Shown here in pieces: positions 11,495-25,035 of a stretch of DNA of 64,000 nucleotides; the first letter of the stretch is position 1; every line of letters starts with the position of its first letter. Made by a program: the position numbers and the translations under genes. This DNA is from Octopus bimaculoides (taxonomy: Eukaryota). The stretch is from the NCBI RefSeq assembly GCF_001194135.2, contig NC_069002.1, positions 25,284,742-25,348,741 on the forward strand, in the 5' to 3' direction. Under the pieces are notes generated by a model that made no database searches, was not told the origin of the DNA, and was given only the letters and a program-made list of their open reading frames with translations.

Positions 11495-12368
11495 GTAAGT
11501 CTTGCTAATTCCTAATTCTCTCTTTATTACCTGAAATAATGGTCTCACTCTTGGATTCTATAAACTAACAGAGACAACAACAGAGAAGAATATGATAGAA
11601 GTGGTGACAGGTCAATGAATGTTCAATGAAATGGAATATATAATTTCAATACAGACTAACCATTAGGATCTTAATTTGTGTGAAGTTATATGGCTTGGTT
11701 GCTAAGCAATCTTTGAAGTTTTATGAAGACAAAGCTCAAATGTTGATTGGTTGACTATTGAATGTTTTATCCAATGAGAAGACAATGCTCAAATGTTAAT
11801 TGGCCAACCAGTGAGGAGATAGGACCAAATTGATGAAGTCACGTTTCTTATTTTCCATGCAGTAGACAAATTTTATTTGATAACATTTATTTACATAATA
11901 ACCGTTACTAATTTGGTAACCAGCACAGCTTAGGAATAAAGTGAGTGAGAAAATGACAGAGAGAATGAGTGTGTGTTTAATGTGTATTGCATATCTCTTT
12001 GCAAATTCCATCATAGGCTCTCCTCAACCAATTGTACCACACTGAGTATTTAAAAGAAAATGGTGTCTTATACTTATTTACTGTTTAGAAATTTGTGTAG
12101 GAAAAGGATAGAGCAGGGTCCAAGTCAGTTAGCAAGTGACTGGATAGTAGGTTAAAGATTATGAAGCTAAGCCAGAGCAGGCCTGAAGTGAGAAACAAGG
12201 TGCAAATGTATCTAGCCTGGAGAAAAATGGGCATATAATATATGCTAATATATGCATACACACAACATATATATATATATATAATATACATACATACACA
12301 CATGCATTCATGTATTCAAACGTATTGTACTTACCTGTTTTTTTATATATATATTTGTGTTTTTGTAG

Positions 12369-12545
12369 GCTATTCGCTTAATCCAAGCTTGTGTGGATGT
12401 ACTGAGTAGCAACGGTTGGCTGAGTCCTGCTCTTTCTGCCATGGAACTTACTCAAATGGTTACCCAGGCAATGTGGAGTAAAGATTCCTACCTGAAACAG
12501 CTACCATTCTTTACTAACGAAACCATCAACAGATGTCAAGAGAAG
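12369..12545 (+). CDS. SNRNP200: Brr2 exon ([46 protein letters not shown]...CQEK)
   Basis: TAG/GTATTT; 59 codons. Confidence 0.97.
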
Positions 12546-13869
12546 GTATTTGCTTTTTAACTATATTCGCCTCTTGAAGTTTCTTTCTGTCTTTGGGACG
12601 ATAATGAAGATTTCCTTTTTGTATGCCTTGAGAATTTGGCTGACCAACTGAAAAATAACAAACTTATTCTCTGTGTGTGTGTGTGTCTTTTGTTTGTTCT
12701 TATTTAAGTCTGGTACTTATTTCATTGGTCTCTTTTGCCAAACCATCAAGATTATGGGAACATAAACAAACCAACATTTGTCAAGTGATGGGTGAAGACA
12801 AACATAAATACAAAAACATGCACACGCACACATAACGGTTCTTTCAGATTCCATCTACCAAATCCACTCACGATGCTTTGGTCATCCTGAGGCTATAGTA
12901 GAACACACTTGCCCAAGGTGCCATGCAGTGGGACTGAACCCAGAACCACACAGCCACACCTGTACCTATAAAAGAAGACTTGCATTGACTGGGAAATGAA
13001 CTGAGCCCACCTCTTTGGCNNNNNNNNNNNNNNNNNNNNNNNNNNNNNNNNNNNNNNNNNNNNNNNNNNNNNNNNNNNNNNNNNNNNNNNNNNNNNNNNN
13101 NNNNNNNNNNNNNNNNNNNNNNNNNNNNNNNNNNNNNGTCTGTGTGCAAATGTTTACAATCTACTGTGGCATCATCATTTGTAGCTAGACTGCAACCAGG
13201 AGCATTTGTTGATGTTTTCTATCAACAAATCATTTCCTTGCTCAGAGCTGAAATTAAGTTTTCTTTACTCAAAAAAAAAAACTGTTAAGGGTTGTCAAGA
13301 GGAAGGGCATCTGACTGTAAAAATCCTGTGTCAAGTCCCTCCCAATCTAACCCTTGCCATCCTGGAAATACAGACATTAAGCAAATAAATTGTGGTGGTG
13401 GTGTCCCCACTTCTGCATTTAAAGACACTGAAGGAGTTGAACTCTTCACTGTAATTAACCATTTAGTATTCAGACCTGCCGTATCCAGCCAAAATATTCT
13501 CCCTGTTCTGGGTTCAGTCCCACTGCATGGCACCTTGGGCAACTGGCTAGATCTAGGCTCTCACACTTACCTTGCAATCATATTAAACAATCATATCATT
13601 AAAACCTCTTTGCTACAAGATAATCCATGGTTAATCCAAAACAATGTAAATAAATAAGCTTTACTTTTGACTGAATAATCTTGAATGCTAAAGGGTTAAC
13701 GGAGCTTCATTCTACAGTTCCAGGTCCCTGCTGAATTTTTTCACTGGGCTCCTTGAGTGCTTAGGTGTCTTATCTCCCTATTCATTGCTCTCAAAACAAG
13801 TTTCAGTAGCAATAGGATTTGACATTCCTATCTTTTATGCATTTCATGCAACTTTTCCTCTAAATTCTT

Positions 13870-14160
13870 TCATTTCTTCTTTTCTTCCTTCATTCCTATC
13901 CCTTGACCGTGTGGTTTTTGGGGCATTTGTTGATGTCACAACCAGATTGTGCCACTTCCCTTGGTCTTCTGTGAGTTTGGCAAAATTGAGGCCCACCCAC
14001 TTTTTGATGTTAGCCTGAGTGACATCCACTCCAGAATGGATTCTGATCTGGTTGTCATCATAATGAATGTATGACGGGCAAGTTAGCTTGGCAGCACCCA
14101 TTCCCCTCCAAGCTGTTGGCCCCTACCTGTGACTTGCCTTAGCCCTCTTTCATCTCAGTT
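13870..14160 (-). mobile_element. Decayed RTE LINE 3' end (NIKKWVGL...EDQGKWHNLV...APKTTRSRD) with (GAAG)n tail; similar RTE C-terminal relics at 21855-22040 (+) and 44330-44530 (-)
   Basis: Resemblance to RTE ORF2 C-termini (recalled). Confidence 0.5.
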
Positions 14161-14319
14161 TTCAATAATTGTAATTCCAGTGCCTTCTAGGTTGCAAAAA
14201 TCAAAATCAAATTATTGCATAGCAATACTTTTTTGTTAATTTTTATTTTCTCACTATTTTCAAATTACAATTTGAGTTTTAATTACTGCAAAACAATACT
14301 ATTCCAATTACTAAATTAT

Positions 14320-14750
14320 CCCTTTAGTATTCAAACCAGCCATATCTGGCCCAAATATTGTATCTGTTTTATGTTTAAACTGGTCAGATCCAGCCTTTCA
14401 CACCTACCCTACAATTTTATTCTAAAGATAAACAATCACATCATTGAAACACCAAAACCATGAGATTATATAGGATTACAGTAATCTTTCGCTATATCAC
14501 TGTTTATTATTTAAGCTTACATCGATTCCTCCGTGGTGTTGTTTTGCTTTGATAATAAATAAATATATACAAATTATAAAAATAATTTTAAAAAATATAC
14601 AGTACAGTAGTGTTTCTTCTTGGCGGATTTTCACCTATCGCAGGAGGTGGTGGTGTTTGGAACATAATACCCACCATAGTTGAGGGATTACTTTAATTCA
14701 AAACAAAGTGAATAAATATTACATTTGGCAATAATCTGAATGCTAAAGGG
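14320..14750. mobile_element. piggyBac-type MITE interrupted by a pogo/Tigger-like MITE (14479-14692, ends CAGTAATC.../...GAGGGATTACT)
   Basis: CCCTTTAG...CTAAAGGG-TTAA termini; nested element has its own TIRs. Confidence 0.65.
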
Positions 14751-15092
14751 TTAAAGAATGACTATCGAGGTAAGTCTTCAGCACCTGATAAGAGTTCTAA
14801 TCTCTGGTGGGTAAGGCCTTTCACTGATTGCATTCAGAGAGAACTACAGGACCAGTCAGTGAAACAAAGTGTTAAGGGCCAATGTTTACCCCCCTGGTCC
14901 CTGGTATTGAGTGAATGGCCAATAAACTTATCCTTTGACCACAGTACCCACGTTTATCTTAGATGATGTATTACTGGAACCATGTGGTTGATAAGCAAGC
15001 TATTTATCACACAGCCGCTCCTGTGCCTATAATTATAATGCAAAGAGGAGAGAAAGATGCCGTTGTTTGGCTAATTGTTGTTCTTTTGACAG

Positions 15093-15253
15093 GGTCATGA
15101 AACTATATTTGATATCATGGAGATGGAAGACGATGAGCGTAATGCTCTGCTGCAGTTGTCTGACACTGAAATGGCTGGTGTGGCAAGGTTCTGTAACCGA
15201 TATCCCAACATTGAGTTGACTTTTGAAGTTCAAGATAAAGACATCATCAAAAG
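15093..15253 (+). CDS. SNRNP200: Brr2 exon ([22 protein letters not shown]...[24 protein letters not shown])
   Basis: CAG/GTAAAC; phases 0 to 2. Confidence 0.96.
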
Positions 15254-17492
15254 GTAAACTTATCCATTCTCATTTGCTTCTCTTTTTCTTTCCTGTTCCT
15301 TATTGATATACACACATCACACAGATCTCCATTGACATTTCTGAAGATTTTTGTTAGGTTTTCTATGCTAGCAGGAGTTGGACAGTTCTGCCAATCATGC
15401 ACATAGACACATTGTCATCATCATCATTTAACATCTGTGTCCCATGCTGTCATGAGGTTTGACAGGATCCAACGGGTCTGAGGACTGCATCATGCTCCAG
15501 TGCCTGCTTTGGTATCGTTTCTATGGCTGGATGCCCTTCTTTCACAAAGTGTACTGGTTAGTGTTTCCAGTGACACCAGTGCTATTAAGGTCACCATGCT
15601 GCAGTGGTCAGGGAAGCAGCTTTATGCTTGGAGGGGTTAAAGTATGAAAGAAGGGACCAGAACAAGTTTTTTCCCAGTAAAGAATCTCCATGGCTACTTA
15701 AATTATAGAAAGGTGGCTGAGAGTGATCAGGGTGGAACTGGAAATGGATAAAATAAGGGTGAGGAGACATCAGGGTGGACAGGTGAATGGGGACAACAAG
15801 GGCCAGGGGTAGTAATTGCAAGCTACATCATTACATACCCATATTAAACATGTATAGCTTATCTTCACTATTTATTGCTGTTGGTGGGATTAGAAAGCTT
15901 TAATCCTATGAAGAACTGGCGTCTCATTCAAAGCAGTGACCTGTATTCGAGGACACGACACAGAAACCAGGACAAGCTGTGATATGATGAGACAGGCTTT
16001 AACTGACTTATCTCAGGTATTGACATAACTTCAATTAGCAATGCTGATATCTCTGTGGCACACTGACCTACATTAAGTCCTGTCAAGGAGTTTCATATTA
16101 TTTTACTGAACCTGAAACTACATTTATTCTTTTTCTTGTTTCAGTCATTTCACTGCAGCCATGCTGGAGCACCGCCTTTAGTCGAATCAAATCGACCCCA
16201 GAACTTACTCTTTGTAAGCCTAGTACTTATTCTATCGGCCTCTTTTGCCGAACTGCTAAGTTACAGGGACCTAAACACACCAGCATCGGTTGTCTAGCGA
16301 TGTTGAGGGGACGAACACAGATACACAACATATACACACGCATATATATATACATACGACAAGCTTCTTTCAGTTTCCGCCTACCAAATCCACTCACAAG
16401 GCCTTGGTCGACCCGAGGCTATAGTAGAAGACACTTGCCCAATGTGCCACGCAGTGAGACTGAACCCAGAACCATGTGGTTGGTAAGCAAGCTACTTACC
16501 ACACGGCCACTCCTACATTTGTAAAACAAAGTGTTTTTTTTTTTTTTTAACCATGCTTTCATAATGATGTACGCATTTCTAAAATAATTCTTTCTACTAT
16601 CGGCACAAAGCCTGAAATTCTGTGGGAGAGGACAAGTCGATTATTTCAACCCCAGTAGTGTTCAACTGGATCCTATTTTATCAACCCTGATAGGATAAAA
16701 GGCGAAGCTGACTTCGGCGGAATTTGAACTCTGAATATAAAACCTTTGTGGCATTTCTCCCAACTTTACATTCTGAGTTCAAATTCTGCCAAAGCTGACT
16801 TTACCTTTCATCCTTCCAGGGTCAAAAGAGTAAGTACCAGTTGCGCACTGAAGTTGATGTAATCCCACCAAATTTCAGGCTTTGTGCCTGCGTGGATTGT
16901 TTTACAAATGTATCATCGTGGAGACCACATTGCAAACATATGCTTTCCCAGTTCATTCTACTGCACAGCACCCCTTGGGTAAATGTCTTTCACCCTGAAC
17001 CAAACAGAACTTAGCACATGTATATGGTAGGCAGAAACTAAACAAAGCGCAACACACACACATATGTTTGTGTGTGCGTGTCCTTGTCTTAACATCATGC
17101 AGTAATTGTGAAACAAATCTGTCTCTTGTGCTGTTTGTGTGAAAAAGACTAAGGGAAGTATCACCTAGCAAACAGGTGAGAATTGGCAACAGGAAGAGCA
17201 TCAGATCACAGGTTATCTGCCTCAACAAATTTCATCTGATCTATGCAAACATGAAAAAACTCATGTTAAAATAATGATTGTGTGATTAAGAGAATGCATA
17301 ATTGCCGTGCTGAAATGTTTCTGACCAGCATTCTGACTGAAAATCTAGAGATTTTGGATGAGTAATTCATACACACCAGTCGTTGCAATGTAAAATATAT
17401 TCTAAAACAATATTTGATATAATAATTGACAGGGCCATGCTATTTTGTTTCTGTTGTTACTGACTTTTGGTTAACATATATTTTGTCTACAG

Positions 17493-17574
17493 TGGTTCTA
17501 CTGTGAATGTACTTGTCACACTTGAGAGAGAAGACGAAATAACTGGACCTGTCATTGCTCCGTTTTTCCCACAG
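17493..17574 (+). CDS. SNRNP200: Brr2 exon ([28 protein letters not shown])
   Basis: CAG/GTAAGA; phases 2 to 0. Confidence 0.96.
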
Positions 17575-17606
17575 GTAAGAATTATCATTATCATTATTAT
17601 TATTAT

Positions 17607-18790
17607 CAAGGTGGTGAGCTGGCAGAATCGTTAGCATGCCAGACAAAATGCTTAGCCGTATTTCGCCTGTCTTTACGTTTTGTGTTCAAATTCCACCAGG
17701 GGCGACTTAGCCTTTCATCTTTTCTGGGGTTGATAAATAAGTACCAGTTACAGACTGGGGTCGATGTAATCGACTGGTCCCCTCCCCCAAAATTTCAGGC
17801 CTTGTGCATTTAGCAGAAACGATTTTTATTAAAGGTGGTGAACTGGCAGAATTATTAGCACATGCTTCGTATTTTGTTTGTCCTTACATTCTGAGTTCAA
17901 ATTCTGCCACGGTCGACTTTGCCTTTCATCCTTTTGGGGATCAATGAATTAAATACCAGTCAAATACTGAGGTTGCTGTAATTAACTTACCCTCCTCCCT
18001 CCAAATTTCAGGCCTTGTGCCTACAGTAGGAAGGATTATTATCATCATTCTTAAGATGGTGAGCTGGCAGAATTGTTGACGTCAGACAAAATGCTTAGCT
18101 GCATTTCATGTCTCTACATTCCGAGTTCAAATTCCACTAAGATGGAATTTGCCTTTCATCCTTTCAGGATCAATGAAATACGTATCAGTCAAGTGTTGGG
18201 CAATTCCCTTCCCCCCAAAATTGCAGGTCTTGTGCTTATAGTAGAATCGATTATTATTATTTCCAAGTGTGGTGTATTGGCAGTATCATTAGAGCATCAG
18301 AAAAAGATGTTTGTCTTTTCTCCCAGCTCTGCATTCTGTGTTCAAACCCTACCAAGTTCACCTTTGACACTTTCAGGGTCAGTCAAATACTCCCCACTAA
18401 GATTGCTGGCCTTGTACAAACATTTCAAACCATTGGTATTTCCAAGTAGATTGCTGGAACCATCACAGCATTGGGCAAAATGGTTTTTTTTTTACATTAC
18501 GAGATCAAATTCTGCCAAGATTGGTTCTGCCTTTCATTCCTCTGGGGGGTCAACATAGTTAACGATATTAAATTTTTTAGGGCATTAGAGTTGCAGAACT
18601 GTTTCAGCACCAAAGTGCTATGGGCCCCCATATTTTTTCCTGTTCACTCTATGTTCTGAGCGCTTTCATCCCACCAGGGTTAAGAAAATTAAAGTACTTG
18701 TCAGATATTAGACTGGACACCATCAACTAACCCCTCACACATAGATTTCAAATCTTGTGCTTATATGTTTGAAACAAATTATTTTCTTTC
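17607..18790 (+). mobile_element. Second head-to-tail array (~6 copies) of the same SINE
   Basis: Same unit, increasingly diverged toward the 3' side. Confidence 0.8.
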
Positions 18791-19307
18791 TAAACACATA
18801 CATGAACACTGTAGTCTAGTTTTATGTTATGTAATTTTATCTCTAAGTTTACTTAGGTTGTGTCAGTTTAACAATTCTTTTTATAACTAAAATGCCTTTC
18901 TTTTACTCCAAGCCTTACATTCAATTTGCTTAAGGGTGCACCATAATCTCTTTAATGAGATTCATACTCAGCTCCATCCGATATACAGTCCATTACCTTC
19001 TCTTCGTAACTAAACCTCCAGTTATTTCAATGAATCCAATATACACAAATATATAATCTAATCCACACTGAATATTTGTACAAATATACAGTTTGTCCAT
19101 AAATTACCTTTACAATTTGAAATAAGGATAACTCCGAGTTTATTAGAAACATCAGAACACTTCCACGTCGGCTCCATTAGTTGCACACACATCTAGACGA
19201 TAAATGTGCGAAAGTTGTAAAGATAATTTATGAACGTTCTGTATGCTATACACAATGAATATGTAGTCAGATGCATAATCTACACAATGTAATCTTTCTC
19301 TTTCTAG

Positions 19308-19571
19308 AAACGAGAAGAAGGATGGTGGGTAGTTATTGGTGATTCCAAGACAAATTCCTTGTTATCCATCAAGCGCCTGACTTTACAGCAAAAAGCCAAA
19401 GTAAAACTCGACTTTGTGGCCCCAAGTGTAGGACACCACAATTACATTTTGTTCTTCATGAGTGATGCTTACATGGGCTGTGACCAAGAATACAAGTTCT
19501 CAATTAACGTCAATAAAGCTGAAGAAGAGGACGATATGAGCAGCGGCGATAATGCTAGTGACATGGAATGA
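19308..19571 (+). CDS. SNRNP200: Brr2 last coding exon ([12 protein letters not shown]...[14 protein letters not shown]...DME*)
   Basis: TAG acceptor; conserved C-terminal motif; TGA stop at 19569-19571. Confidence 0.98.
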   Translation, partial: KREEGWWVVIGDSKTNSLLSIKRLTLQQKAKVKLDFVAPSVGHHNYILFFMSDAYMGCDQEYKFSINVNKAEEEDDMSSGDNASDME

Positions 19572-19739
19572 GCACCGACAAGTGTTCGAATTCTTTAAAT
19601 CAGATTTCTCTGTACAGTTTCCATTAACTTCTATATTCTTATTGAACTGATCTAATCAATATTTACAAATCTTTATCCATAATTTTTTTTTTAATCATTA
19701 AAATCATTTGTTTTTCTATTAATTTTTGACTTGCTTTGT

Positions 19740-19745
19740 AATAAA
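19740..19745 (+). terminator. Probable polyadenylation signal AATAAA of SNRNP200
   Basis: First AATAAA after the stop, ~170 nt downstream in a U-rich UTR. Confidence 0.6.
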
Positions 19746-21181
19746 ACTTCACTTTCTATGTGCAAAACAGTGGAATTGGTATAAAGAATCTGTTTTCCAT
19801 GCTGGCATGGATTGGAACAGGTTGACAGGAGCTGTCTAGGCTCCAATTGTCTGTTTCAGCATAATTTCTATGGTTGGATGCCCTTCCTAATGCCAACCAC
19901 TTTACACAGTACCAGCATGGGTACTTTTGATGTGATACCAGTTGATTGCCTCAGTCTGCTTGGCTGTTAGGTGTCAATTGTTCAACCTCAGAAAAGGCTC
20001 TAATTACGTCCTGCATGTGGTGCACAGCATCTGATGGGAAATGTATCATCCATTACACACACACATTTATCAACCACAAGTTGCATACAACACCCTTTAG
20101 CATTTAAACTGGCCAGATTTGGCCTCTCACAAGATTTGATAGCAATGATTACTGTCGAGTGTATTCAGCCAAATGAACGAGAGCATGATATTAGACTTGC
20201 AAATCAGTTTGGATCCTCGAGTTTCTGCTGCTAAGGTCTTACGAAAGACAAAGAATATGGACCTTCGTTATTGCTATAAGCATAATACTGTGGACTGAAC
20301 AAGGGAGGCTACTCTCTCAGATCGAAATAAAATCAGATATTGTAGTTCTTATTTTGGACTACATTATACGTGTCCATGTTAAGCATTGATAAAGACATAA
20401 GGGTGGTTGAACCCAATCTGATTTGGATCTTAAAGTGCTGGGCTTACCATCTAGGAAGATAGCGAGTCCCAATGACTTGTTTAGAGAAGTAAATTGTGTT
20501 GTTGGCTTAAGAGAATACATTGACTCACTGTGTGCACAGAAGCAAGATTTGGATCCCGCAAGCCACAGACTTATCTGAGAGGTATAAGAATTGATAAAGG
20601 GTAGCAGAGAACTTTCTAACAGAGCTGCCCCTATATAATTGTCAACCAAATTACTGTTCACAACACTGGAGGTCAACAAATGCGTTTAAACTGCTACCAG
20701 AATACATTAAAACTTAGCAATTCTCTGAGCCTGAGTTTTCTTCATCTGTAAATGGAAATCACAACAATGGTAAAGGGTTCTAAGACATTAGCTATGTTCT
20801 TACCATTTACCAACATAACAAAACCCCATTTCAACAATTTTACTGAATTATTTCTTTGTTGTAAAATTCTAAATCCACATTCAGACAAAACTGAATGACC
20901 TAACCCAGTTGTCATTGCCAGGGATGACCCAATTCTGGTCAAGTAATGATTCTAAACGTTTGAGATGCATTGTTAACAAGATTGTAAATTGCTAAACTCC
21001 CTATTTAGATGAGATTTAGAGTTTGTACTTAGATTACAAGTCTGCTAGATGAGAACCAATCATGGTCAAATTTATATGTCACTAATGAAGACAAGTGCCA
21101 ATTTTTGCTCACAGAACCATGAAATAATTTTTAAAAAACAGCAAAACAAAAATCTTACGGTATTAATCAGCAACAAAATAA

Positions 21182-21187
21182 TTTAAT
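21182..21187 (-). terminator. Possible polyadenylation signal ATTAAA of HSPA9
   Basis: ATTAAA on - strand followed by a U/GU-rich stretch, ~470 nt after the stop; another ATTAAA lies ~40 nt upstream. Confidence 0.35.
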
Positions 21188-21656
21188 ACAAAACAAACCA
21201 TGAAATTATCACTTTTAATGATTTTTTTTTCTCAATGTAACGCGACTAACAGGTTTCCCTTCCTTTTGTCTTTTAAGTCCATTATACAGGTCCAGGAAAC
21301 TGTTAGTGGAATATATAATGGCTCAAATATTATTTTAACAGATATACAGATAAAGAGAAACAATAGTTTGGGAAACAAAAATGCAACTGGCTTTGTAGTC
21401 CAGAATGAATTTGTTGGTGGGGAGGTGGGGAGGTAGGTTTAAGAACCTGTGATATATTTCTAATTATTTACACGTTATCTAACCAGTTCACACTAAAATC
21501 ACCTAACTGATGATAAAAATGGACGGACTAGACTTTCTAGTCCCTTTTGTGAGCAGATCAGCTAGACTACACCACCACCACCATCATCATCATCATAGTC
21601 TTCACAAAGATTTTTAAAAAAATTAATTATGTTACTAAATAAGCATATTAATGATG

Positions 21657-21731
21657 TTAATTTTTATCTGTTTTTTCTTTGTCCTCTTGTGATTCTTCTG
21701 TTTTTGTGCTGGATTCTCTTTCAGAAGCCAT
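21657..21731 (-). CDS. HSPA9: Mortalin exon 17 (MASERESSTKTEESQEDKEKTDKN*)
   Basis: CAG acceptor; MASERE matches recalled human HSPA9 tail; TAA stop. Confidence 0.9.
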   Translation of the reverse strand: MASERESSTKTEESQEDKEKTDKN

Positions 21732-22310
21732 CTGTGAGAAAGAAAAAAAAAATTATATTTTAGTTTATGGCGAAAAATTATGAACGAATTCTCAGAGAAG
21801 TGGTTCCTGCCATTTACTCCTTTTTGTTTAATTTAACTTTAACAATCTGTGCCAAGTGGCATGAGACCAAGGAGTAGAACAAGATGGTTGGATAATACCC
21901 ATGGGTCTCAGTTGATCTCTTAGTAATCCAGTCAGGAAGTTTAATGACAGTTGCTTCCGATAGGGCCCTATGGAGGGATTACCTGAGGACTCTGCCCCAC
22001 AATCTTCTCAATAGTGGACAGAAACGGGACAAATGCATGGGAATAATTACCAAAAGTGCCTGATCAACTCTTAGCAATGTTACAAAATGTACCCTGTACA
22101 GCTGCATACATCTCAGCACATCATTCTAATTAGTAATGTTGCATTCCGGGAACATATATCCCACCCTCATTTTTTAATATTTCTTTTTATTTCATGCAAG
22201 GATTTCAAAACTTACAAATAATCCATTATTTCCAAATTTGGAACTGGTTTTAATACTGAAACATTTCTGCAATTCAGTCTAAGATATAAGAACTTTCCTC
22301 AAACACTCAC

Positions 22311-22451
22311 CTTTTTATACGCCATTTCAAATAACTTGAGTGACGCTTGCTGCAATTCATTGGTGGCAGATTTAATGCTTTCTCCAGTTTCTTGGTCTTT
22401 GTTACCTAACACAGTCTTCAAATTGGTAATTTTCTCTCGTAATTTGTCACA
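22311..22451 (-). CDS. HSPA9: Mortalin exon 16 (CDKLREKI...ELQQASLKLFEMAYKK)
   Basis: CAG/GTGAGT; 47 codons. Confidence 0.96.
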
Positions 22452-23706
22452 CTGCAATACAACACACCAAACGTTAGTTCACTCTAACAACATCACCTTA
22501 TTTCTAAGGTCTTTGAGGGTTTCTTTAGCCAAACAAGTGATTTTAACCATATAGTACTTCAAACTGAACACATGTGGCCAAAATATTCTACCCATTTTAT
22601 GTTCAAACTGGCCAAATCTGAACTCTCACACTTACCCTACAATGTCATTCTAAAAATAAACAATCACATCATTGAAATCTCAAAGCTATGAGATAATGCA
22701 GGATTAAATCAAAATGTGAATCAATAAGAATTACATTTGACAGAGAAACCTGAATGCTGCTAAAGGGTTAATAACCCAAATATTAATGAAATGGTTGTTT
22801 AACACTGTTCAGTCAGAACTAAACCTCTGTCAGCCTATGGCATGGAGCTAGGTAGCCCTACACCTAGATCTGATTCACTAATCCATATCTCCAAATGCTG
22901 GATTTTAACACCAAACCCCATTCCTTACTAAAGTTTCTTCTTAAGAGCTACGTATTATTTACAAGCAAATATCCTTCAACGCGTTAAACATAGGCAGAGG
23001 TATATCACCCAATAAGTTGATGTCAGCCTTGCAACTAAGAATAAAAGTTAGAAGTGGAGGCATGTGGCATGTAAGATTGATTTCAATTCCTGGACTGGGC
23101 AACACATTGTATTCTTGAGCAAAACACTTCATTTCACATTGCTCCAGTCCACTCAGATAGCAAAAGTGAATAACCCTGCAATGGACTGGCACCCCATCCA
23201 GGTGGGGAATCCCACCATGGAATCCAACCCTTATGAGTTGCCATGCAACTATTTATGAATCCCAGTTCAATTCCAATGCAAAGCAACTTGTGTAAGTGTC
23301 TTCTATTCTAATCTTTGGAAACAAACTCAGATGACACATTTTATACAGCGTCTACAAGCGTCCCTCTGAGAAAGAAAAATATGAACTGATTCAAAGTAGT
23401 GAGATTGATATATATTCAACTAAAACCCACAAGGTAGTGCCCCAGCATGGCCACAATTCAATGAAAAGAATATACTTGTTCCAGGACTTATCCACATTTT
23501 TTGTCTCTCTAGCGTGAATGAAGTTGATATTGGAAGCTACTTCTAGTCTTGGCACAAACTGAAATAATGTGTGAAGCAGCAGATCCCTTTTGATTCGTTT
23601 TCTACCAGAGAAACAGGATTAGTTCAACAGATTATAAAAACTAGGTTTATCTGCCATCAATACTGCAACGAAACAAACAGAATATGAAAGACGAGAAAAA
23701 ACCTAC

Positions 23707-23799
23707 TTCATCTTGAGGTAACTGTTCTTTGAATTCTTCCATCTTGGATTCAGTGTCATGGATGATTCCTTCAGCCTGGTTGACAGCTTCCACAATTTC
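23707..23799 (-). CDS. HSPA9: Mortalin exon 15 ([31 protein letters not shown])
   Basis: TAG/GTAGGT; 31 codons. Confidence 0.96.
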
Positions 23800-24940
23800 C
23801 TACAAATAAAAATTTTTTTTAAATTGAGCAAATTTATTTAGTTAACCCTTTCCTTACAAATTTGAGGGAATAGGGTGGGGGTGAAACGAATGAACCCAGT
23901 AATAAAATGACTGCTGGTGTTTCAAACCTAAATTAACATGAAATTTTGAAAGAAAAATTTAGTTTTAATCACATTAAAAAGGGGAGTCTGTATGAAATAA
24001 CCAAAGGTGTTATCAGGCAAGTTGGTATCAAAGGGGTTAAACACATGATAATCCAAGCCATTGAATCAACAGTGCTCCCTCTCCAATCAATACAGCCCCT
24101 CCTCTAGATGCTACTGAAAAGGTAGCCCCTACCAACAACATCCCTCTTTCAACACCCTGTCATGAAAACAAAAGTGAGTAGGACAGTTGATAATGTAATC
24201 TAGGAAACAGTGTTCCTGAAAACAAAACATTGAGTGCCATGTCCAATCAAGATTGACAACAGCTCTTGGGGATAATATAGGAGTTCAAATAAGTGTATCT
24301 AATCCACCAAAATGAATCCTTGCTCTGGGGGTCATTATTCCCATAACTCCTTGTATCAAACTTGTTGCTTAACCCCAGGTCAGTCTCCATTTTGCAGATC
24401 TACGATGAAAGACTTGAACAGCCGCTAAGAACTGGTCATTTATGGAATGGCTTCATTATCCAATGTGTCTTGCAGGCCATATGGTGTGTTTTTAAGGAGA
24501 TTTGGCAGCAATTTTAAGCAATCCCAGAGGCTCTTTCGTTGGTTTGTTCCTCAGAGGCAATCAGCCATGCAGTGGAACCAATAATTCCATCCACCACATT
24601 TTGGTCTATTTGTGAATGAAGTAAACCAATAAAACAATGGTTAGTTGTTTGCAGGACACTTGGCTGCTATTTTTAGCAGGTCTAGTAGTCATGGAGAGGG
24701 TCATATTGAGTCACATTGTCATTTAGGTTCAGGTCAGGACTAGAAGTGTGATCAAACATATTCCATCCGTGACCATCCCATCTATTTCAAACAACCTATC
24801 TCTAGTATCTACCTCAATTAGCCAATTTATCTAGTATCTGCGTAAATTATGCCCACATATTATCATTTTCTCTTCAGGTAGGTAGGGCATGATAAAAGGC
24901 AGGGGAACCACTGCTGGCACATCAATTACTGTCACAATAC

Positions 24941-25035
24941 CTTTTTCTTTCTGTCTTCTTCAGCAAACTTCTCTGCATTCTTAACCATATTTTCAATTTC
25001 ATCTTTCGACAAACCACCAGATGACTGAATGACAA
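24941..25035 (-). CDS. HSPA9: Mortalin exon 14 ([32 protein letters not shown])
   Basis: CAG/GTATTG; phases 1 to 0. Confidence 0.97.

Noticed and set aside
23340-23385. Strong acceptor (TTTTTCTTTCTCAG) in HSPA9 intron 15 giving RDACRRCIKCVI*
   Set aside because: No convincing donor or polyA signal and no homology; a single cryptic site is common
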